From: a virus
Taxonomy: Duplodnaviria; Caudoviricetes
DNA: 53,310 bases
IMG/VR virus record: IMGVR_UViG_3300021502_000001
Span: 1-53,310 of that record
Strand: one strand, 5' to 3'
The first letter of the stretch is position 1; every line of letters begins with the position of its first letter. Shown here piece after piece: positions 1 to 12,000 of the stretch. The translations under genes and the position numbers were made by a program. Below the pieces are notes generated by a model. The model ran no database searches. It saw only the letters and a list, made by a program, of their open reading frames with translations, and was not told the DNA's origin.

Positions 1-3000
1 TCCATAAAATCTGAAAAATTTTCTTTAGTTATAGTAGTACCAAACCCAGTTCCAAGAGAACCTAAAGTATCAAGTGCTACCGTAGCTCTATCTACTTTAA
101 ATACTTTTTCTTGTGCGGCAACATACTCTTTCTCTAACAATAATATTTTCTTTGCTGAATCCCTGTAACCTTTGTCGTCTCTAACTAAGCTTTGTTGAGG
201 GGTTAAATCTTGCACCTTAGTAACACCCATATCCATATTAGCAATATCTCTATAAGTGCCTCTCATAAGTCCAGCAGTAGTTTTAACAACCTCTGCTCTA
301 CTTTTCTCAACAGCAATAGATTCTTTTAATACCCGATCTGCTTGTTCAAACTCCTTCATTAAATCTACAATAACCGCTCTAAATTGTATTACACTTTGAT
401 TATTATTTAATACAGCCAATAACTTACTTATTTCATCATAAGCGCCCTTAGCTATAGATAAACTACCGCCTTCCAATCCTTCCATAGTTTTCTTTTCATA
501 GCTACTTATAGTAGATTTAAGATCCCCCATTGGTTTTATGTAAAACTCTTTTAATTCTTTTTGCCAATCCTTCATGAAATCTACTTTACCAAAACCACCT
601 TTTGATGTATACCCTTGTGATGATTGTAATAGGGTACTTGTTGGTACATCACTAAAAAATCTTGGTCCTAAATTAAAGTCACGTTTAAAATCTTTTTTAG
701 AAATACCTTTTATTCCCGCGGCGGCTCCTGCGGTAAAAGTATTTATTATATCTATATTATTCTCCAACTCTTCCTGTATTTGTTTTACAGGAAAAACTGA
801 ATCTACCAAATTTGAAACTTCACTGTATCTAATTTCTTTTGGTGTTAAAGTTTTAGTATCAATATATTCAATAAACCACTCATAAACACCATCAGTTGTT
901 TCTTTTAATTTTACTATTGCTTGTTTTCCTGCCATATCATATTTAAGTGCTGCTTGATCCATAAACAAAGCTACATCCCCTGATTTTATTTCTTCACCTT
1001 GTTTTCTTTTTGATATCCCAGCAGATTCTAAATTTGCTTTAGTAAATTGAGCAGTGTCACCAATACCAATTGCCGATTTTTTATTTAATCTTCTTAATAA
1101 TTCTGCGCCCATTACATCTTCAGCTGAGGGCATAACCTCTATAGTTCTTGGTCTATTATTAAATATAGCTGCTAATTCTTCTACAAATTTCGTATCGGCT
1201 CCAAATGACTCATTGGATGAATAAGAACCACCCATTACATTTCTTCTAATATTTTTAGCTAATTTAAATTGAGGCTCAATTTCCACTTTTAATTGATATG
1301 CTTTTTTTAACTCGGGGTCAGAGAATAATTTTATAATAGTATCTCTATCTAACCCACCTATAGATGCTTCTGAAGTTATATTCTTCATTACTCTTTCTAC
1401 ATCACTATAAACACTTTTAAACATATCGCGGGCCTTTTTAAGATGTGGCTGCAATTTTTTAATATCATCATCGGCCGCTGTTGATAATGGGTACTTATTC
1501 TTTATGTCATATAATTTATTCATTTTAGAAGTAAGTTCCTTTAAAACCTTAGCAGGAGAAACCTTTATTTTATCACCAAGCACCCCTCCAACTATTGGTG
1601 CAGAAGTAACTAACTCTTTAAATTCATATTTAAACTTTTCGGCCCCACCAACTTTTGTTAAGTCCTCTACATGTTTAGAAAGTACTTTAAGATTTGTACC
1701 TACCATTCCAATTGACTCTAATTTCTTCAACTCATTTATGTAAGAAGAAAAGTTTTTTGTTGAGCGTAAAACTGCGTTACCTAATTCATCATAACCAATT
1801 ATTAAATCTACATTCTTATCTGACAGTTCATTACCTATATTAATTAAATCTTTCTGTATTTTTGCGGACGATGCCAATGGAGAGGTGTAGGTACCCAACT
1901 CCATACGATGTTTTTTTGTTTTTGGATCCGACGCTTTTCCTACATCTTTTGCTCGTTTTTCTATAGCCTTATATTTACCTTGTATTTCTCCAAGCATTTG
2001 TAACTCTTCTTCATGACTTTGAAGTACAGACTTCATACTTTTCTCATAATCTTGTGAAGATAGTAACATTCTTTTATAATGCCCTACGACCGCTTTTGCT
2101 ACAGGCAATAACGCTAAAACTGTAGCGGCTAATGGAGCTATTGATTTTGACATTCCAGCAGTCGAAGTCGACCATTCAGCAACAAACGCTCTTCCAGCGT
2201 CACCCATTCCACCGCTCATAGACTCTAAAGTTTCACCTATTGCGGCTGACCCTACACCGGCAGCCATACTAGCTACAATAGTACTACGTTTAGCAAGTGT
2301 AGCGAGCCCTTTGGTACCACCTTTTAGCAGACCACTGACCTCTTTTTTACCTAACCCCTGATCTTTAGCCAAATCAAATAAACCTTTTGATTTTTTAACC
2401 GCTGACCCTCCAACAAGTCCCCCTGTTAAAAAGCTCCCAACAGATTTGAACATCCCTGCTATTTTATTCGTTACCTTAGCTGTACCACTTATACTATTTC
2501 CTAAAAACTCATTATACGTTTGCCCTAATTCTTTTACTACATACACTGCTTTCCCTAAAGAGGATTTAAAATCATCTATCCCCTTACCCATTGTTAAAGC
2601 ATTATTATTAATATCTTTTGCTGGGAATAAAGTTTTAAGTCCCATCACATCTCTACCAGAACCTTTACCAAAAATTTCAAATTTAGCCATAGAAAATTGT
2701 TTTGCTAAATTTTTACCAAAATCCCCAAGCACTGAGCTTCCTTGAGATAGTGACCCTGTAAGCTTATCTATAATACTAGCACCCTTAGCTGTATAAGTTA
2801 AAAATAAAGCTAAACTAGTTCCAGCAATTTTTAATGGTTTTGGTATAGCGGTTATAGTTTCAAATAACAACCTCATTCCTTTTAACCCAATTTTAAATAT
2901 AGGCAAAACAACTTTACCCAATGACATTTGCAGTTCAACTGCAGCTGCTTTTGTTTGTTCTAATTGTTTAGCATAGGTCTTCATTAATTCTAAATTACGA

Positions 3001-6000
3001 CGTTCTGCTGAACCTTTAGAATCCATACTATGCTGTATAGCCTGTAATGCTTCATCCCAATGATCCATCAAAACTAATACAGAATTGTATTGTCTAGTAC
3101 CACCAATAGCTTGTGATATACTCAATTTTTGTGCGTTTGTTAAATCTTTCCAAGCACTTGCTAACTCATTTAATATCTCAAAACCAGGTCTTAATTCCCC
3201 TTCATCAGTAACAACTGGTATATTAAACTCTGCTAATTTTTTTGGTCCTTTCTCTGCTGTTAATCTCCTCATTATAAAACGCATTGAAGTACCGACTTCT
3301 TTACCCGTTTGTCTGGTAGTTGAACCAATAGCAGCCACTATACCATTTAACTGGTCAAATGTAAACCCTGCGTTCTTTGCAGCTGACGCAGATTTCTTTA
3401 TGGCATCAGCTAGACCCCCTGCTGTAATAGCATGTCTAGCTTCAACCTCACTCCATGCGTCCAAGAACCTTAGGGCACCGCCGCCCTCTGATTCAAACAC
3501 TTTCATAGATGCTGTTAAAGCCTCTGTAGCGTCCCTAGCACTTAAAGTTGTAACATTTGCGGCTAACGTAGCTGTTTTAGCCCTATCTAATACTTCTGCT
3601 TGACTCAGTCCCTGTTGGGCAAACACCTTCATAGATTTTAAAACTTCATTTATATCCACACCATACTGTTTAGCAAAACTTACCGCAGTTTTTTCCATTT
3701 TAGTAAAATCAGTACTTAATGGGTTCATTACCATACGTAATTGAGCAATACTGGTTTCAATATCGGAGAGGGCACTTAATGACTGTTTTAATTTTACTAC
3801 ACCCCCATAAACTACTGTTGAGGCCGCTCCCCACATTACTACTCTTTTTACTGCTCTCCCAAAAGAAACATTCGATGCCTGCATCAACCCTATAAGGTCT
3901 TTTTGTTTTTCAGTAAACATACCGACGCTAGAACCATTATCATCTAAGGACTCTCCATACTTTTTAAAATCGGTTATAACATTCTTAAGCACCGCCCCTG
4001 TTTCTGTAAATACCTTTGTATTGTATGAAAATGTCTCACCAACCTTTGCTCCACCCTCGTCCTCGGGTCTTTTAAAGTACTCTCGCACATTCTGTACATT
4101 GGCCGTATACTTTGCTAATTGAGATGTTGGGGCTTCAAATTTTGATACGGGCATTAAGTCCATCTGCCCCCAAGATTTTTTTCCAGTAGGCTGTGTGTTA
4201 CTAAAATCAAGTTTTGAATAAGAATTTTCTAAATTTTTAAAATAACCAATTAAATCTTTAATATTTTGTTTTTGTTCAGAGGTAGCGTCCCCTGATAACT
4301 CAAAAGTCTTACCATATCTCTCTAAAGAATCTCTTAAACGAGTTATTTTAGTTGATATATTTGTAAAATCCCAAGCCTGTTGTATTTGGGGGCCCAATCT
4401 TTCAACTATCTCCGCATTAGTTATTAATTCTACTAGCCTATGATCCATATTAGTTAAATCTTCTAAAGCTTCCCTAGCTTTTACTATTGGTGCTCTAAGC
4501 GCATCGCCTGAACTTACGTCCTTTATTAAATTATCATACACTTTTATTAATTCTACATCCTCTTCTAAAGGCGACGAAGCTCTTTTCATTATCTCTTTAG
4601 ATGGCATATATACCCCTGAAGCTTCTGCTAACCCTGGGTATATAAATTTATTGTCTTCTGTATAAACATCGGTACGTTTTCCTGCCCCACGTTTAACATG
4701 CTCTTGCATTCTATTTATAGAACGTTTTAAAGTAGTAAATGCTTTAATTTCAGACCCACTATCCCCTGCTACTAACGCAGATGCCAAATCTTGTTTAGCT
4801 CTATCAGCTTGTGTCATTAAAAAATCACCTACCGCCATCTTATATAATTTCCATGCTTTTAATGTGTTGCCGCCGCTTAGTAAATCTGGGCTATTTTTAA
4901 AATAATCTAATTTACGTATGAATTCATTATAATCAGGCCCGGATGTTGATGCCTTTTTTATCTCTAAAGATACACTTTTAGGTATTTTTTCGAACACTTC
5001 ATTAAAACTCACACCTATGTCTTCTTGATATAATTTCGCTTGTTCATGAAAAGCTTTTATATTATTATAAAGAGACTCTATACCCGAACCACCTGCTATT
5101 TCGGGCGGAACCATGTACCTATCTAATTCTTCTTGATACGCAGTATTTTTTAACTTTTCCATTGCTTCAGTAATATTTTTACCTTTACTACCCATACTAC
5201 CCATATTACCTTTTAACGATTCAAATGCAGTAGTTTCTTCGGTATGTGAATCTTTACCGGATTCAACTTTACTTATACTTGATTGTAATACACCCCTTCT
5301 GCTACCAATACCTATAGTTAGCCCTTCTTTTATAGCTATAACGTTTACAGACACAACCCCACCAGACCCTGCTCCCAATGCCGGAGGCATAACCCCACCA
5401 CCCCTTGCCTCCAATGCCGGGGACTCAAAAGTACGCATGGTCGCGTATTTACTCCCAAAATTTGGTTTTGGTGGCTTAGGCATCCCTGCCTGTGCTTTTT
5501 CTACTTTACCCTCTAAATCTTCAAAGTAACTACTATTACTAGATCCAAAAAACAAAGCATCTGTTACTTTAGACCCAATTGCCCCTATAGCTGTATCTAA
5601 TCTTGCGAGTAGTTTTGCTTTTTCAACCATCTCCGCAGCTTTTTCTGCTAAATCTTCCTCTGAAACACCAGAGCTTGTTAAATGTTTTGCAAATTTACCT
5701 AAAGTAATGCTTTCAATTTTTATACCCTCCGCTGCTGGTGGGCGTACAACGCCAGCCAAAGAGGATATTTGATCAACAGTGGATTTAATATTAGATATAT
5801 TATTTTTTTCAAATACCTCCTTAAACATAGAAGGTATATCTTTACCACTTATAACCCTTTCGACCAACCCCTCTCTACTAACATCAACCTTACTTATATC
5901 AAAAGATTCTTCACTTAATTCTCTTAATAAATTTGATACCAAATTTTGATTATTAACTATATTAGCGAATGAACTTTTAATGGACTCAGTATAAGCACCA

Positions 6001-9000
6001 ATATCTTCAGATTTAATAGACTCACTTAAATTTTTAATAAAATTACTACTGGTAGAAAAAGGCCCTTCCATACCCTTACTAATTTGTGATGGTATACCTT
6101 TAGATGAACCCAAATATTTTACTTGTTCAAAATTAGTATTGGCCATGGACGTCCTCATACCGTATAAAGGGGCTTTTACTGGTACTACGGCCTCACTTAT
6201 AGATATACCAGCGTCACTTTGCGACTGTTTTTTAATTTTCTTTTCTGCCCAACCCTGTATATCAGAGAATGCCCCCTCTTTCTTACGTTTTGTAGGTGCC
6301 CAAGATTTAGCTTGTGTTACCAACCCTTTAACAGATTCGCTATAAATCTCATCCGATAGCTGGTCTAACATACCTTGAAAACCTACTTTTTCTACTAGCT
6401 CATTTATTAAACCCGATCTCCCTAATTCATCAACAGATATTTTTTCTTCTCTGCCTTTTTGTATAGACCCTAATTCAGATCTTAAAGTTTCTGTTGGTAA
6501 TCCCCCAGCTCTTCTTCTTATGGACTCTTCATTAGCAGCCGCAAAATCTTTTAGATCTCCATAATCCTTTTCTGTTGTTATTTTTTTCCATAATTCAGCT
6601 GAACCCTGCCTTCCTTGTGTTAAATTAAGAACTATCTCGCTAGCTAACGGTTTTTCTCCAGCCTTCTTAACATCCATACCTTTTTGTGCTGCAAATCTAA
6701 ATATTTCATTAAGCGCTGTATGAAATTCTTTTGCTGCGTTACCACCAAGAACTTTTAAATCAGGCCATTTTTCAGAAAAATCTTCTTTTGGTACATAATT
6801 AGAGGTATCAGAAATCATCCCACCACCGAAACCCAACATATTATCTCCGATACGTTGTACTTTATTTAAACCTTCAAAATCCAACCCCGTATTTAATTTA
6901 AATATTTGAGCTGATATAGCATCTGAAAACTTAACATTGTATAATCTATCTTTTATAGCACTTTTAACTATAAGACTTATATTCTTACCAACTGCATCTA
7001 CAGACTTTACTAAATTATCAGCATATTTACTTATATCTTCCGATGGTTTTACAGTTGTAAGTGCTTTAAAAACTTTATCTTGTGTAGATTCCCCTCTAAC
7101 AGTATCTGAAACTATGCTTTTTAATATATTTTTTAAATCAGAATCCCCTCTTCCACCAAGTATTTCTAACTGGCTGCTCGGTTTTAAATACTCTAACTGT
7201 TTAGTTAAAAATGGACTTTTAAGGAATTCAAATCCTTTTTCTGCCCCAAACTTTTTTTCAGAAGTTTTTGACATTTCAGCTATTGGATATTTTCCTGTGG
7301 ATTGTACCATAGCATCATAAGTAAAAGCGTCTCTAAACACCCCAGACGTGCTATCGGTATCGGCACTTAAAGAATCAAAATGCTTTTTTATATCTCTTCG
7401 TGCAGCTGATAAAGTAGCGGAATGTATTTCTATTTGATCGCCATCAAAATCTAATTTTTGTTGCTGTGCTATATATTTAGGAATTACACCTGATATAGCG
7501 GTATTAAGCCTATTAATTAACTCTGTTAAATTACTTATACTTTCTAAATCCCCAGTTTCATAAGCTTTTTCTCTTTTAAACTGCAAGCTTCCTTCGGTAT
7601 ATCCCCCTGTTTCTTTTGAAAACACACCTATTTTTTCTTTTATATTATTTATAGAAGTATCAAACTTATCGAAATCCATTTCTGGTATTCCAGGTACCGT
7701 TAACGTATGTTTACCTAAATCACCTTTTGTTTTTAATAGTTTTGCTTTATATGGTTGAACAGACGATACACCAGTAAATGGAAAACGAACGCTTTCTATA
7801 TAAGGAACTAACTCACTTTCTATATATTTTTTAATTTCATCACTATCTATACCTTCACTTGGTGTTGCTGTTCTTAATTCTTCAGATTGTTTTAATATAT
7901 CATACAAACTACCTTTTACTACTGACGGCTCCTTCACATCTTTTACAACACCTTCATCAACTTTATATCTTTTTTTATAAGTTACGGGGATTTTTTTTGC
8001 TGCTTCCTTTGGAATACCCATTTCATGTTGCTTAAGAACAGGTCTACCTATTTTTCTTAAATTTGAAACATTTTCTGAATGTTCTTTAAGAATTTCATCC
8101 ATTATTTTAGATTCACTTGATAAAAAACCTAAGTCTACACCGACCTTATCTACAAACCCTTTCTCTATAAAAAATAACTCTTTTGAAAAATCTTTTAATT
8201 CAGATGTTCTATCAACAGAAGCCACGGTTGCGTCTGACATATAAGCAGGTATTTTCTTTGTAAAAAATACCTCGGCAACAGATCCTTTTTTACCTAACGC
8301 TGTAGAAGCTAATTCTTTAAAATAACTTTCTTTTGCTCGATTAAGATTATTTACTTGCTTTTCAATCCCCTCACCACTAACATTTATATCTAACGATTTT
8401 AATAACTCAGCACCAGTACCCTCCCTTAAAGAACTACCTAATAGAGTACCTTCTACTTTTTGAGTATTTCTTCCTCCTTTTATAAAATCGCCCATCTTCC
8501 CTATGACATTTGTCATTGCTTTCTGTGTAGTCGTTTGGCCAAGCCTTGCTTTTTCCTTATAATCAAGCCGACTTTTATCTATACTTTCTTTCTCCACACC
8601 TTCTGGTATTACACTATACATTTTACCAAATATAGATTGTAGTTCTGCTATTCCCGCCTCTGTGTCTGGCTTTAACGCATTTTGTTTACCTGATATCCTG
8701 TTAGCTCTTCCTATCCAATTACCCACTTCATTTTTTACAGCGCCGGTTATAGCCTTATCGCTCAAAAAATTTTCCGGGTGTTCTAACGACTCTTGTAACT
8801 GTTTTGCCATATTAATAACATGACCAATTCTACGAGTTACTGGTTCTGGACTATGCTCACCAGGAAGTAATTTCTCTTTATACGTACCTCTTGCCAAAGG
8901 CCCAGGGATATAAAACTTCTTTTTTTCTATTTCTCCAGATTCACTTATTTTACCTGTAGGCAAATTAACCATAAAAGCTTTTGAGTATTTCTGTAAATCC

Positions 9001-12000
9001 ATTATGGTGTTATTTAAAGTAGATTCATCATCATCTGCTTCTATACTACTAGCTTGGAACGTGCCAGAATAATTTTCAAAAGCTTTTATATCAGAGATAT
9101 CTACAGTTTCAAGATGTTTTTCTAACTCTGTACTTAACTCCCTTGTTACGTCCCCAGCGATTTGTAAAGCTTTAAGATACTCAACGTGTTTACCAGTATC
9201 TGGCCCTGAAGAACCTTTTATCTCTTTCATCAACGAGGAATCTTTTCCAAATATTGTTGAATAGGCAGTTAAAGCCGATAGGTTTAATTTCTCACCTTTT
9301 ATCCCAGATTTTATATCCCCTTTTTTCCATTCAGGATGCTGAACAGTTTCTTTAATTATCTCTACAAATTTACCACCAACTAAACTTTTACGTTCCTTAC
9401 CAAATTCATCTATAACATTAACGTAATAACTTGATGCAGCTTCTAAATCTGCTGCCCGTCTAGCCATTTCTTCATTACCAGAACCGAACTTAACTTTTAA
9501 TACCTTATATAATTCATCTGCCGACTTGTTTCTTTCTTCAGACCCTACCGCACCTTTTAAGGAGGACGTATAACCTAAAGCACTACTATATTTACTTAAA
9601 GCACCTGCTTTTTTATCCGGGCCTAACAATTTTTTATATACTTTTGGAGATAAAGTATCTTCCATAGTAGTTAAGCCTTCCCCACCTGCAACGTTAGTCA
9701 TTACTAACTCCATTGCCTCTGTCTGTAACCCGCGCTTGGCTATACCGTGGGAAGATATTCTTACGTCTACTGGTACTTGTTCATAAAGTTCTGGTCCAAT
9801 ATCTTCTTTATATTTTGAAACTATTTTATTTATATTAGCTATACTTGCTAACTCTGTTAATCCATCCTCTAAATCCACCCCTAATTTAGATAATACTTTT
9901 TTTGCTCCACTAAATATACCCCTCTGTACTAAAATTTCTTCAGGAACAAGTACCCCCTTTGTTTTAAAAATATCTAAAATAAATTTATTTCCAGAATCAA
10001 TCAACTTTGTTTGTAATGTTTGTAATGCCTTTGGAGTCATACCTAACTCTGCAGAACTTTTTTCTAATATATCAGATAATAATTTACCTTTAGTTTTAGG
10101 CATCATAGCAACACCCAAACCTGCTTCCTTAGCTTTATCTTTTGGTAACACTTTTACACCCTTTGAACCATATGTAGCTAATATACTAGCCATATTCGGC
10201 ACGGCATTAGTAGATGGTATACTAATACCTTTAGACCCGTAACGTGTTGTTATTTTTCTTCCAAAATAATCCATAAATTTTTCTGCTAATTTAGCTGATT
10301 GAACTTCCACACTTTCACCACGTAATGTAACCATGGTCTTCTTTACCTCTGTTATAAAAGCCTCACTGGCCCTTCCTTCATACTGCTCTGTAACACCTAA
10401 AACCTCTTGAATTTTGTTAGCTGCCTCTTTTATTAAATCACCAGTTTTAATATCTGATACAGAACTATTCATAACATCTTCTTCTAAAGTACTACTTAAC
10501 TTTCCACCAACGCTAGGGCGTATAAGTATCTTAGTAACCTCAGTTAAAGCTTTTGCTAACTTACCAGAAATAAGTATTTGGTCTTCAAAGGTAGAAGAAA
10601 CATTTCTTAATTCAGCTATAACATTTAAACCATAGCCTTTAGTTCCCACCTGACCTGAGTCCCTAAATTCTCTCTCAGTTTTGGTTCTTAATTTTGGAAA
10701 TTGCCCTTCTTTGCCGGCAATACCAAAAGCATTAGTTACGTTTGTAATATTTCTACCTACTTGTTGAAATTGTTTTCCAAATGGAGATTGTTCAGTTAAA
10801 TTCCCAGAGTACATTTTCAACATAGTAGTATTTAATGTATCAATCGCTCGGCCTGTATCTGTTTTACCTCTGTATTCATCAATTTTACTAGCTGTTGACT
10901 CCGGCAAACCCAAAGAGGATACTTGACCACCAGTAGGTAACTCTTTTCTTCGTTCATACACGGTACCAGTTTGTTTAGTAATTTTATCTAGCAGTGCCGC
11001 TTCATCATACAGATCTTTTAACGCTAGATTCAAGCCTATAATTAAATTTTTTGATTCTTGGGGATCTAACCTATCTTTAGCGTCATAAATTGGAGAGGTT
11101 CTAGTAGACAAATTAACTACATCCTGTTGATAAGCTCCTCTACGAGGTGTACCAGGGTCTAATGGCAATAACCCTTCAACCTGAGCAATTGCCTGCTCAT
11201 ACTTTCGTATTGATTGTGTATACACAGGTTTTTTAGACAAAACAGCAATAGGTGATTTACTTTTGCCTTCTAATAGTACTTTCCTATACATGTCATAAAT
11301 ATTTTCAAAATCTATTTTGTTCAATGATTTTACAACATCATACGCCGATACACCTGCCTTATTTAAAACATCTACAAAAACATCAACAGAATTATTTCCT
11401 TCTGAAGACAACTTCTTAATTGTATCGTCGATATGTTTAGTAAACTTCTCAACATCCATTACACCAGAACGTTGAACTTCCGTACCTCTCATTACTGCGG
11501 CTTGTTTATATTGTTTAACTATAAATTGTTTACCACTTGTACCACCACCAACATCCTCTATTTTTGACACATCTTTTATTAAATTTTTGGCTACATCTTT
11601 AGCCTCATTTAATACTTCTCCTATCGGATTTGGGCTTATATTTTTTATACTCTTAACATAGTCTTCTCTACGACTAACTGGTATCTTAGCACTTTCTATT
11701 TTTTTATATAAATTTTCAAATCCACTTTCAAACGTTGCAAATTTAGCTACAGATTTACTACTACCATGTAAAGTCTCTGATACTGCTGTCCCTTTTTCTG
11801 TCAATTTTACAGCGGGTAAAGTAACAGTACGCATCAACTCATCAACATACATACTACGTTTTGCTTCTATTCTTGCAAATGTTTGTTTAAATAAATTTAC
11901 TAATTCATATTCGCTAGACACGGACTCTGATACTATCTTATCTAAATTAACATCTGGTAGAGCCACCCCTTTTTTTATATCAGATAAAGTGGTAACTACT

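Noticed and set aside
6600-10650. Host rpoB/rpoC fragment or chimeric assembly
   Set aside because: Motifs are far too diverged and insertion-laden for cellular RNAP, composition matches the flanks, and the frame is continuous with the TMP core.
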